The notes under the pieces were generated by a model. It was not told the origin of the DNA. It searched no databases and saw only the letters and a program-made list of their open reading frames with translations. Below are positions 1-11,881 of a stretch of 64,000 bases of DNA, in pieces. Within the stretch, counting starts at the first letter, position 1. Each line of letters opens with the position of its first letter. Made by a program: the position numbers and the translations under genes. This stretch comes from Macrostomum lignano (lineage: Eukaryota), in NCBI GenBank assembly GCA_002269645.1, contig NIVC01000641.1, positions 62,001 to 126,000 on the forward strand, in the 5' to 3' direction.

Positions 1-162
1 AAAGCGAAGGCGCAATAAACTTTTCGCACTGCCAACTGAGAGCGACAAGGGCGAGCTGCAGTTCAAATCCGTCTGTTCTTTTCCTGGCACTAAATTATGC
101 CTCAGTTTTATTTGTCTCCGAGTCCGACTCAGACTAGAGACAATCGGCAGCTGCACTGACAC

Positions 163-596
163 TCAGTCGGACTCCATGCTGAGAGATGGTAGGGCCAAGA
201 CAGCGGGCAGTGAGAGCTGTGATTCTGCGGGAGTTCTGCAGAACAATTGGCTACATAAAGATGGTGAAAAGAAATCCTGCCAAATATGGCAAGCCTGGCA
301 GGGGGGTCGCGGTAGGGACAAAGCATACACAGGCGCATTCTTAGCAGTGCGCTGCAAATCGGTCTGGCAAGGCCTTGGGTAGCCTTGCGCCTGGCAAGCA
401 CAGGTAGACATGAATAATGAGCCTGTCCTATTCTCTTGTGAGCATGGAAATCTTTTTGGAATATTTTGCTCGTCCAACTGCGTCGTTAATTCTCAAATTG
501 TAAGAAGAATCTTGAGAACTTACGTGGTTTTTCAAGTTCTTTTTTACAAGCCAAAGCGAGAGAAGGCTTCGCTCTGCATCTTCTTCGCTCTGCAGT
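163..596 (-). CDS. Possible exon pair of an uncharacterised gene
   Basis: Segment 596-524 (LQSEEDAERSLLSLWLVKKNLKNH) ends in gtaagt. A 46-nt intron (523-478) ends in gcag and splices in frame to ORF 477-163. No recognisable motif. Confidence 0.25.
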
Positions 597-1599
597 CTGA
601 ATAATTATAGCAATCTTCTGCGTTTGTTATAAGAAACTGAATTCATTTTGCGCATTCTTATCTGAATTCCGAGTGCTGACCGGAGAGTCCAGTTGAGTTT
701 AAAACGATATCAGTCCTGCTTTTTTTCACCTATAGGTATAGATATCGCACACGGAAAACGATCCAGGAATTTGCCTTGTTTTTTTTGTTGATGTTTTGGT
801 CCACGCATAAGCAATAAATTTTAGCTATATGGCAACAACACCACGGTTGAGCATAAACACTCGAAACAGTTCGCTTGGCATGTTGTCAGAAGGCGTTCGT
901 GCCAGCTTGCCAGAGCGAAAGATTTTGGGTCACAGGTAATTGATACAACCCGTCGGACGGAGGGCTCCGCTAAACTGCGTACTTAGAGAGCATACGACAA
1001 TAAACCTTCGGGTGTGGGATTCTGCGGGAATTGGTGCGTTGCCCCGCACCGCAGGGCATTTCCTTGTTCTGTTTATCGATGCGACGATCAATCAGTCCCC
1101 TCAGGAAACGGAAAAACTGAATCTCAGCCATAAACATGCGGTCAGTGATTGTTGGAATTGACAGTAAATACGTAGACAGATAGATGGCTCTTTTGGCGAG
1201 CGAAAGAAGCGCAGGAGCCAAGTTGGAAAATTAGAAGCAGTGCTCGGACGGGATCTGGGGCACTGAAATCCCGATTTTCAGGACACGTCGAAAGGAAATT
1301 TGGAAAATTTCAGCAGTCTGAAAGAAGTTTTTCAAAGACGACTGACTTCTGGTACGAGTAAATGTAGTTTACGAACTTCTAAAGTTGTCCGGGATGACAG
1401 GAAGTAAAAATATGGCATTTTAGAGTTCGGAGTTCTTAATTTTTCTAAGATAAGAATTGCTAAAATGCTACATGGATACGAAATTGCTTCGTAGTCTGGG
1501 TTCTTGGCGTCTTAAAAATTTGATACCACATCCTAAAGATGGTAGTAGTCTCTAATTATAGATATTTTGATGGTAAATATGGCGAATTCCCGTCCCATC

Positions 1600-2780
1600 C
1601 CATCTCCTCCCATCTCTTCCTATCCTATCTCATCCCATCCCATCCCCTCCAACATAATCTCGTCCCACCCCATCTCGTCCCACCCCATCTCGTCCCACCC
1701 CATCTCGTCCCACCCCATCTCGTCCCACCCCATCTCGTCCCACCCCATCTCGTCCCACCCCATCTCGTCCCACCCCATCTCGTCCCACCCCATCTCGTCC
1801 CACCCCATCTCGTCCCACCCCATCTCGTCCCACCCCATCTCGTCCCACCCCATCTCGTCCCACCCCATCTCGTCCCACCCCATCTCGCCCCATCCCATCT
1901 CGTCCCACCCCATCTCGTCCCACCCCATCTCGTCCCACCCCATCTCGTCCCACCCCATCTCGTCCCACCCCATCTCGTCCCACCCCATCTCGTCCCACCC
2001 CATCTCGTCCCACCCCATCTCGTCCCACCCCATCTCGCCCCATCCCATCTCGTCCCACCCCATCTCGTCCCACCCCATCTCGTCCCACCCCATCTCGTCC
2101 CACCCCATCTCGTCCCACCCCATCTCGTCCCACCCCATCTCGTCCCACCCCATCTCGTCCCACCCCATCTCGTCCCACCCCATCTCGTCCCACCCCATCT
2201 CGTCCCACCCCATCTCGTCCCATCCGATCTCGTCCCACCCCATCTCGTCCCACCCCATCTCGTCCCACCCCATCTCGTCCCACCCCATCTCGTCCCACCC
2301 CATCTCGTCCCACCCCATCTCGTCCCACCCCATCTCGTCCCACCCCATCTCGTCCCACCCCATCTCGTCCCACCCCATCTCGTCCCACCCCATCTCGTCC
2401 CACCCCATCTCGTCCCACCCCATCTCGTCCCACCCCATCTCGTCCCACCCCATCTCGTCCCACCCCATCTCGTCCCACCCCATCTCGTCCCACCCCATCT
2501 CGTCCCACCCCATCTCGTCCCACCCCATCTCGTCCCACCCCATCTCGTCCCATCCGATCTCGTCCCACCCCATCTCGTCCCATCTCGTCCCATCCTATTC
2601 CCTCCCATCCTATCTCGTCCCATCCGATCTCGTCCCACCCCATCTCCTCCCATCCCATCCCATCTCCTACCATCCCATCTCCTAGCATCCCATCTCGTCC
2701 CATCCCATCCTCCAACATAATCTCTTCCCATCCCATCCCATCTCCTCCCGTCTCGTCCCATCCCATCTCGTCCCATCTGA
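1600..2780. repeat. 15-bp tandem minisatellite (CGTCCCACCCCATCT)n built from pentamer subunits
   Basis: About 60 near-perfect copies with degenerate CCATC-type flanks. It explains the five long low-complexity ORFs. Confidence 0.97.
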
Positions 2781-3625
2781 TCCCGACCCCAAAAAAATTA
2801 TACCATCCGAGCTCTAATCGGAAAAATACTCGCCTAGTCTACTAATAGTAGTGCCAGTGCTGAAAAGTTTCACAAGCACATGGCAGTAATCAAGTCTTAA
2901 ATGTCTCAATCTTGAACTAGTACACGTGTGAATTTCAACTATCCATTCTTGTTAGAACAATGAAGTCGATATTTAGCACTTGAGTGGCTTTAGTGGCTAG
3001 TAAGCCCTACAGCCAATCGGATCGCACCTGAACGGCAGCGTGTGAACCGCATGCACAGTCAGCACAGCCAAGTCGAATATGGTACAGCAAAAACATCGAA
3101 CAAAGCTGTTGTCTGAAAAAAAACTCGCTTAGGCCTTGCTAGCATGCAAATGCAGCTGCTCAGAGCTGAATGAATAAGGCGTGAAAGAAGTATTTTGCTG
3201 TCAAGTAGGACTCAAGCCTTCCCAGAATTCTGGTGAAACGCGACAGTCGTAAAATCGATATTAGCTCCAAGGCATTCACTGGCGCCAACTGCCACTCACT
3301 TTGCCCATCGCCCAGCCGTGCAAGAAGACGGCTGCTGCTGCCTCCCAGCTGCCGCATTTTCCGCCCCGTTGCCAGACTGCGCGTCTTCATCATTTGAAAT
3401 TCTGAGTGTTGAATTTCTGCTACTCTGGCTCTGGCTTCATCGTATCAAGCTCACCTTTTTCCGATTCATTGACAAACAGCAGATAAACTCTTTCTTTTAA
3501 GACGCGTTGGAACGGTTCTCTCGATTCTACCTCTTCTTTTTCCGTGGCTTGCCGGCAAGCGGATTCAACCTTCAAGTCAAGAGAAGCTGACATGGTCCAA
3601 AAAACAGTTCAAAAAGAGGTGCTGG

Positions 3626-4637
3626 TAAGAAGTAATGGAAAGATGCTCCTTGGTAGCAATGGTTAGAAGCACCTTGGAGAGGCCACAAAGAAGTAATGGG
3701 AAGATGCTCCTTGGTAGCAATGGTTAGAAGCACCTTGGAGAGGCCACAAAGAAGTAATGGGAAGATGCTCCTTGGTAGCAATGGTTAGAAGCACCTTGGA
3801 GAGGCCACAAAGAAGTAATGGGAAGATGCTCCTTGGTAGCAATGGTTAGAAGCACCTTGGAGAGGCCACAAAGAAGTAATGGGAAGATGCTCCTTGGTAG
3901 CAATGGTTAGAAGCACCTTGGAGAGGCCACAAAGAAGTAATGGAAAGATGCTCCTTGGCAGCAATGGTTAGAAGCACCTTGGAGAGGCCACAAAGAAGTA
4001 ATGGGAAGATGCTCCTTGGTAGCAATGGTTAGAAGCACCTTGGAGAGGCCACAAAGAAGTAATGGGAAGATGCTCCTTGGTAGCAATGGTTAGAAGCACC
4101 TTGGAGAGGCCACAAAGAAGTAATGGGAAGATGCTCCTTGGTAGCAATGGTTAGAAGCACCTTGGAGAGGCCACAAAGAAGTAATGGGAAGATGCTCCTT
4201 GGTAGCAATGGTTAGAAGCACCTTGGAGAGGCCACAAAGAAGTAATGGAAAGATGCTCCTTGGCAGCAATGGTTAGAAGCACCTTGGAGAGGCCACAAAG
4301 AAGTAATGGGAAGATGCTCCTTGGTAGCAATGGTTAGAAGCACCTTGGAGAGGCCACAAAGAAGTAATGGGAAGATGCTCCTTGGTAGCAATGGTTAGAA
4401 GCACCTTGGAGAGGCCACAAAGAAGTAATGGGAAGATGCTCCTTGGCAGCAATGGTTAGAAGCACCTTGGAGAGGCCACAAAGAAGTAATGGGAAGATGC
4501 TCCTTGGCAGCAATGGTTAGAAGCACCTTGGAGAGGCCACAAAGAAGTAATGGGAAGATGCTCCTTGGCAGCAATGGTTAGAAGCACCTTGGAGAGGCCG
4601 CAAAGAAGTAATGGGAAGATGCTCCTTGGCAGCAATG
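3626..4637. repeat. 61-bp tandem minisatellite, about 16.5 copies
   Basis: Unit AAGAAGTAATGGGAAGATGCTCCTTGGTAGCAATGGTTAGAAGCACCTTGGAGAGGCCACA. The register shifts by 1 nt per 60-nt line. Confidence 0.97.
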
Positions 4638-4889
4638 CCATGGTGATTTTCATATTCTCGCAGCAGAACTATCGTGTCCTGGTAAGCTACGAGCTACATG
4701 TACTATCAGCATCCAGTAAGCCAGACTGATCAATGAGATGATGAAGCCTGGGGATTGGCCCTAAGTTCTGATCTTTTCTCGTCTCCCCTCCACCACCAGG
4801 TCAGCAGCCAACGGGGGAACAGACGAGCCGACAGCCAACCAGCCGATTCGGAATTCACCACTAAATACGCAGTCACTTGCGCACAGGAC

Positions 4890-5482
4890 TCATTTTAAGG
4901 ATCCTGCGTTGGTCGGCGACTTTTTGAAGACTTCCTCGGCAACATCTATCATCAGCGTGAGTTTTTGAGCACTGCAGGATTTATATAATTTCTAGGTACA
5001 ATTCGAATTAAAATGGAAGACAGATTTGCAGATAATGTGGCTGGATATTTTAATTCAATTAACATTTCAGAGACACAATTCCGAGACACGGCATTGGACA
5101 CGACTATGGGGTAAATTTCGCAGTTTCATTTGTTTGTCGTCATAGTTACGTAGGTCAAGAAATCTTAAATCGACTTACAGTCTAAGGCACAGAGTATGTA
5201 CATTTCGTTAGGTGTGCTTGCTGAGGAGTCACATGGAGGAGCATTCTTGATTGCCTGCTCAATGGCTGCCAGAAGACACGCAGCAGCCACAGAGACCTCT
5301 GCAAACTTGGCTTGCCATCAAAAGTCTGAATACATTGTCGAAATCTTATTTTTGTTGCAGGATTCGATTCGTACTTATACTCAATCATAACGTGCCCCAT
5401 TAAGAACTAAGAATGGAGATGAAAATATAAGAATGCCTCACCAATGAGACACTCAGACTGCAATGTCTCAATCTTGAGAACC
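4890..5482 (-). CDS. Possible 3' exons of an uncharacterised gene
   Basis: Three phase-compatible segments (5482-5442, 5298-5202, 4971-4890) read VLKIETLQSECLIEVSVAAACLLAAIEQAIKNAPPCDSSASTPNEIAQKLTLMIDVAEEVFKKSPTNAGSLK*. The first acceptor is weak and no domain was recognised. Confidence 0.3.
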
Positions 5483-6213
5483 CTTCAGCAGCCGATTCTC
5501 AAAGCCGGCTGGGACGGAAACTTGATTGAAGAATCAACATCAGCAGACAATGACGCTGGCGGTGCTGCCTCTGTGTCTGTCATTGATTTTTCCAGACAAG
5601 AATAGCGCTGAAAGCTTCGGGCTCAGAGTCCGGGAATCGGAAACCCAATGGGCAGGGTGTACAGCGGCAAAATCGATCCCTATCGTGCTTTATTTATCTT
5701 CTGGAAGATGTTTGCAACCGCTGGAGTGCGGGTTTGTCTTCTAGACTGCCTGTTGGCGGTGCCGTCTGCTGCTCTCCCCCTGGCATCTGAGGAGGGCGGA
5801 AGCAAAAATTAATATGGCTGGCAGCTGCTGCCGATGCAGGGACAGATTGGCAGCTTCACTGACAGGAAAGGGCCAGGGCAGCAGCTGGATAATCTGTCGG
5901 CTAATTGAGAGATGGGGAGCTGGGATTTGGCGAGTTTAATAAGTCCAAAATAATCCCGAAAGAATCCCAAGTGAAAGTCGCTGGCAGAGTCAGAGTTCTC
6001 AATTCTTCATCAATTCTACTGAAAGGTCGAGCACCGGACACTCGTATAGAGTCTCCAAACCTGAACTCAAATATTTTTCAGTACATTTTTTCATTCCTGC
6101 CAGCCGGAACAGAAATTTCGCACTACGCGCGTATCGGTGACCATACTTTAAGTATTGAATTATTTAACACTTGTCATGACAGACTTAAGCACCGTATAAA
6201 TTATCAAGCAACC

Positions 6214-9200
6214 ATGGATTACAACGGAGAGTATTAAAAATTGTCAGAGAAGGCTCGAGTCATTCCTGAGAGAACTATTCTAGTTGAAAATGTCACCAGC
6301 TAGCCGAATGCAATTCATCGCTTTTCCTCCCCCAAAAAGTCTCCTCAACCAAATTCAGTACCGATGAGGGGCCACATATCAAGCATTTATTCAAATACTC
6401 AAAGACCTCACTTCTCCCAACTGTTTGCCTCCGCAGCGGAGAGCGAACTCAGAGGTGCTTCCACCGCACCGGCTCCGTCTCTGACACGGCCCGAGCGTTC
6501 CTTGAAAGCACCAGCATCCGCGGAGTTGGCAAGATCCTGAAGAGCCAGAGCAAGTTCCTGCGCAGACTGTGGGCCCTGTTCGTCCTGGGATCCACGTCGC
6601 TGCTGTTCTACAGCGCGTTCAAAGTCACCATCGACTACCTGCAATACGACGTGAACATTCAGACTCGCCTGGACATAGATGACGCCACCCCGTTCCCGGC
6701 GGTGAGCATCTGCAACAACCAGCCGTTCTCGGAGCGCGCCTACGAGGAGTGGTCGGCAAAGCGGATCAAGTCGCCAACGGTGTTCAACAGGGAGCTGAGG
6801 CAGCGCGGCCTCAAGCTGATGCAGGATCCCAGCATGCCGGACGTGTACGCCAAAGTGCGCAGCGGACAAGCTGATGAAAAGACGATGGCAAAATTTCACC
6901 AGCAAATGACGAACAGCATGAAGGCGCTGGTGGCCACGCTGTTCATGGACTCGTCGCGGCTGTACTATCAAAACCTATCGCCGGATGAGGCCGCGAAGCT
7001 GGGCCACGAGCGGAACAAGTCGATAGTTGACTGCATCTTCAAGTACAACTCGCAGCAGGTGCAGGGCACCAAGGGATGCTACGACAGCATGATCAAGGTT
7101 ACCAGCTTTAGCCACCCCAACTACTTCAACTGTCTGACGCTCGAATTCGACACGGAGAGGCTCACAGAGGTGCACAGCCTCACGCTGATCATGTGGCTGG
7201 GGCCGCGGGAAAACTACGACATCAGACATCGGCAGGGCTTCTTGTACGACATCTTTGAACAGGCGTATGGGCTTCGGGTGTCCATTCACGAGCCCTACAG
7301 CCACCCCAGGGTGAGCTGCAGATATAAACTCTTTGCTGAGAGGCTTTTGTTATTAGTCCACCCAATCCTCACCTACCCAATCCTCACCTACCCAATCCTC
7401 ACCTACCCAATCCTCACCTACCCAATCCTCACCTACCCAATCCTCACCTACCCAATCCTCACCTACCCAATCCTCACCTACCCAATCCTCACCTACCCAA
7501 TCCTCACCTACCCAATCCTCACCTACCCAATCCTCACCTACCCAATCCTCACCTACCCAATCCTCACCTACCCAATCCTCACCTACCCAATCCTCACCTA
7601 CCCAATCCTCACCTACCCAATCCTCACCTACCCAATCCTCACCTACCCAATCCTCACCTACCCAATCCTCACCTACCCAATCCTCACCTACCCAATCCTC
7701 ACCTACCCAATCCTCAACTACCAAATTCTCACCTACCCAATCCTCAACTACCAAATTCTCACCTACCCAATTCTTACCTACCCAATCCTCACCTACCCAA
7801 TCCTCACCTACCCAATCCTCACCTACCCAATCCTCACCTACCCAATCCTCACCTACCCAATCCTCACCTACCCAATCCTCACCTACCCAATCCTCACCTA
7901 CCCAATCCTCACCTACCCAATCCTCACCTACCCAATCCTCACCTACCCAATCCTCAACTACCAAATTCTCACCTACCCAATTCTCACCTACCCAATCCTC
8001 AACTACCAAATTCTCACCTACCCAATTCTTACCTACCCAATCCTCACCTACCCAATCCTCACCTACCCAATACTCACCTACCCAATCCTCACCTACCCAA
8101 TCCTCACCTACCCAATCCTCACCTACCCAATCCTCACCTACCCAATCCTCACCTACCCAATCCTCACCTACCCAATCCTCACCTACCCAATCCTCACCTA
8201 CCCAATCCTCACCTACCTAATCCTCACCTACCCAATCCTCACCCTCCCCACTTTTCGATATCTTCAACCATCTCAGCCTTTTCTCCTCGATCGCCAACGA
8301 ACCCCATACCGCATTCGCTATGGAGCGCGTGCGTCCCTATTTGCCACTAATTGGCCAGACAAACCTGTAAAGTCTCCGCTTCCTTTGCCGCCGAATAAAT
8401 TCTTGTCCGAAGCGCGCAAGCAGCATAAAAAGTTGAAGACAAGAAGCAACTATGCCGGCTCGCGGGAAAGCTGAGAGAGCCACTCATGAAGGCTCTCAAT
8501 CATTTTCCGGCAGCGGTGAACAGCTCGGGAAAATAAAGCCATAAAATAGCCAATGCGCCCGATAAAAAACGTATCGGCTGCTTATCCGGCTTCAACCAGG
8601 AGCCGGAGGCACTTCACCCACATGGAGTGCTGTGGCTGGCGTGACTCCATCGGCATCGCTTTTGTTCCTCACAGCCGCTGAGCTCCATCTTCTCGGGAAA
8701 TCCATGCCGGCTGAGCAGGCCAGAGACGAGAGACAGAAAGGAGTTAAGCAAGCAACTGTGAAAAAGTCCGCGGGGGTTCGAGAAAAAGGAAGCTGGAATG
8801 AATCGATGACGAAGAAAATAGGGGTGGGTGTCCATTAGCAGCCACCGGCGGGCTGGGAGGCTGCAGCAGATAACATGGCTGCAATTCAGCACGTGAGAGA
8901 CGCAGCAGGTTTCCGAGTGATTCTTCTCCCACACCTTGATTCTGTGAATCCCCCTGCAATCCTCTGCAGTTCTGCCTGCCTACATTTTCCTTTAGTCTTC
9001 CGTATACAGCCCCCCCCCTCCGCGTTGGTTCGCTCCACCCTCAACTTTTCACCTCTCCGGAGCGGCGCCGCCAATCTGGAACGGCTTCCGCAGGCATTCC
9101 GCATGGCTGCACTGATGAGCTTTGACAATAACAAATTCTAGTCCAACTTTCTCGTCTTCTGCAGCAGATTGGGGCAACAGGCTCAGAATGCTCGCCCCCA

Positions 9201-11881
9201 TTGCGACTCAGGAGAGTCGCAGCTCCTGCATTTTCTGCTATTGAGCTCAAAACGCATGAAACATTAATTAGGCAAATTGCTGCTCCTAATCCACTTTTTG
9301 CTGCTAGTTGCCCGCCGTCCATCGGAGCTCTGGGGGGGGGGCGGCTTTGACTGACAGATTCATGAGACAATCTGAACTCCGCCCCATCAGCGAGGCATTC
9401 AGAGCGGGCAAGAATAAATGGGAAAAGAAGCTCGATTTCGCTAATCAGACGGACAGAGATCCGATAAGAAAAATGAAAGTCAAAGACGGGAGCTTAAATT
9501 CTAGTCGATATTCTCAGAGCGACTCGAAATGCAGAGACATTGGCACAGCCGGATAGCGCGGTGGAGCGTGAACTCTGCCTTATTGAGTTTTGTCTCGCGT
9601 GCCTGGCCGCTTATCGAACCGCGCGCCAGAGAGCTCCGATGGCTTTGCCGGCAGACGGATTTCCCGTTGCTCAACCGGTGGTTGAGTGAAATTCCTGGCT
9701 GAGATGAATCGCGTTCACTGTTCAGCCTGTGAAGCTCGGAAACAATTGCAACAGCGATCCTGGCTGCTCACAAAACGCCACTTACTGCACTTTCACTTGA
9801 TCGCTAACTAACCAGATGGTGCTCAAGCTGGACCATCGCTAACTACCCGATGGTGCTCAAACTGAACCATCGCTAACTAACCCGATGGTGCTCAAGCTGG
9901 ACCATCACCAACCCGATGATGCTCAAGCTGAACCATCGCTAACCCGATGGTGCTCAAGCTGGACCATCACTAACCCGATGGTGCTCAAACTGAACCATCG
10001 CTAACCCGATGGTGCTCAAGCTAGACCATCACTAACCCGATGGTGCTCAACCTGGACCATCACTTACCCGATAATGCTCAAGCTGAACCTGTTAAAGCAC
10101 ATTAAGCGCCATGCTTTACAGTAATAATTCACTATTTTTAGTCAATCTCTGAGCTGAAATTGTATTTATAATGCCACCCTGGAACCCCCAGATCCTGGAA
10201 CAGGGCATCCAGACTGAGCCGGGCAAGATGAACGAGATCAATTACCAGCCAGTCCGCTTCATCCGGGCCAACACGCCAAAGAATCCGTGCGTCAGCGCTG
10301 AAGATGAGCGTCAAAGTTTTCGAAAATTTGTCGACTTTGGAAAACTGTTAGTTAAGCTTATGCTGGTCTCGTTTTTCTCCAAATTTACCAAATGTAGAGA
10401 AGGGGGTTGGCTGCGGTAGGAGAAGGGGGGTTGGCTGGGTAGGAGAAGGGGGGTTGGCTGGGGTAGGAGAAGGGGGGTTGGCTGGGGCAGGAGAAGGGGG
10501 TTGGCTGCGGTAGGAGAAGGGGGGTTGGCTGCGGTAGGAGAAGGGGGGTTGGGCTGGCTGCGGTAGGAGAAGGGGGGTTGGCTGGGGCAGGAGAAGGGGG
10601 TTGGCTGCGGTAGGAGAAGGGGGGTTGGCTGCGGTAGGAGAAGGGGGGTTGGCTGCGGTAGGAGAAGGGGGGTTGGCTGGGGTAGGAGAAGGGGGGTTGG
10701 CTGGGGTAGGAGAAGTGGGGTTGGCTGGGGTAGAAGAAGTGGTTTTGGCTGAGTCAAGGACCACTAGGAACACTTCGTTCTAGTCTAGTAGTCCTTGGAC
10801 TGGGGTAGGAGAAGTGGGGTTGAGTGGGGTAGGAGATTGGGGTAGGAGAGCTATTATTTTCTTGTAGCTGGTTCTTAGCTTCAAAACACGAACCAAGGGG
10901 TTTTACCTGTAGTTCTCCAGGCTACAGTCGCACTGACCTGCTCAGAACCGCATACTCCGCAGGTACGCCTACGACCAGGAGCTTTGTCTGAACTCCCGAG
11001 TCCAGGAGGCCTTCCTCAGCTCCTGCCGCTGCCTCTACGTGGAGATGCCTTCTGTGACGCCTCCGAACAAGACGCACCCATACTGCGCCCACCTGGACGA
11101 GAAAATCTACGAGAGGGCCGAATGCGCCAGCACTCTGGACCAGAGGAGAATCCGGCAGGCCTTCGAGGCCAGCGAGTGCCTGCCCAGATGTCAGCAGCTC
11201 AGCTACGAGAAGGAGCTGTCCGTGACCAAGTGGCGGGACACCCAGTGGATGCTGTACTGGATCAAGGAAGTCTCTGAGAAGTGGGCCTCGCACATCAACA
11301 GTCTTGAGAAGAGAAAAACACCGGAGGCGGAGTTCAGAAGCAACCTCGAGCAACTGCTGGAATACTTCAGGATGCAGAACATCACGGATCCGCAACTGCT
11401 GCGCGGCAGCGACGCCGGCACCTTCCAGTTTAACGACAGCTTCACGTACGTGGTGGTGAAGCGCCAGTCGAACAACACTCTGGTGCGCCAGGAGAAGATC
11501 GTGCTGACAATCAACGCCCTGTTCAGCCGGATCGGCGGTCTGTGCTCGATGTACATCGGACTGACTCTGGCCTTCTTTGTCGAATGCGTCGAGCTGCTCT
11601 ACCGAATGGTGTTCGACCGACGCTCCGAGTCGGCAGCGGCGGCTCGCGGCCAGACGCGAGATTCGTCGGTGGAAGCCGTGGATCTCGGACTGGACGAGCA
11701 GCAGCGAGTCCTCGACGTCACCGACGCCAGCCGTATAGGCCAGGATGAAGCTGCGGAGAAGCTGGACCTGCTAGAGGCTCGCGGTAGGCCGCGAGACCCG
11801 GCGACTGGAGCTGCCGGGTCGTCAAATGGATGCGACGACTTTGTGTGGATCCGGCAGGGCAGGAATCCGAGTGGCCTGTGA
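6214..11881 (+). CDS. DEG/ENaC (ASIC/pickpocket-like) amiloride-sensitive channel family subunit, about 654 aa, 4 exons
   Basis: Exons 6214-6230, 6437-7310, 10192-10346 and 10963-11881 have compatible phases. Pre-TM1 FLESTSIRG, TM1, post-TM1 FPAVSICN, SHPNYFNCLT, cysteine-rich thumb (YAYDQELC..Q...SSCRC) and TM2 LFSRIGGLCSMYIGLT..VECVEL. AATAAA near 11915. The short first exon and the exon 3 donor are less certain. Confidence 0.9.
7360..8245. repeat. 15-bp intronic minisatellite (CACCTACCCAATCCT)n
   Basis: About 58 copies starting about 50 nt after the donor at 7311. It produces the ILTYP repeat in ORF 6651-8474. Confidence 0.97.
9800..10090. repeat. 31-35-bp intronic tandem array with an internal inverted repeat
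   Basis: About 9 units of CCGATGGTGCTCAAGCTGGACCATCGCTAAC, with stem CGATGGT/ACCATCG. Confidence 0.9.
10395..10850. repeat. G-rich intronic minisatellite of about 24 bp (GGTAGGAGAAGGGGGGTTGGCTGC)
   Basis: Tandem copies begin about 50 nt after the donor at 10347. Confidence 0.93.

Noticed and set aside
1539-2776. Five ORFs of 317-393 aa (HLVPP, SSHPI, GWDEM repeats)
   Set aside because: All frames are open only because the 15-bp unit has no stops. These are repeat artefacts.
7311-8474. C-terminal ILTYP-repeat half of the 607-aa ORF
   Set aside because: Read-through past the gtgagc donor at 7311 into an intronic minisatellite. The channel continues at 10192.
8250-9790. Several 60-110 aa ORFs inside the DEG/ENaC intron
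   Set aside because: No recognisable motifs or consistent splice-phase chain, so a nested gene or element cannot be supported.
9800-10090. CRISPR-like appearance (palindromic repeats of about 30 bp)
   Set aside because: No unique spacers, no cas genes, and a eukaryotic intron context. The same applies to the 43-, 61- and 62-bp arrays.
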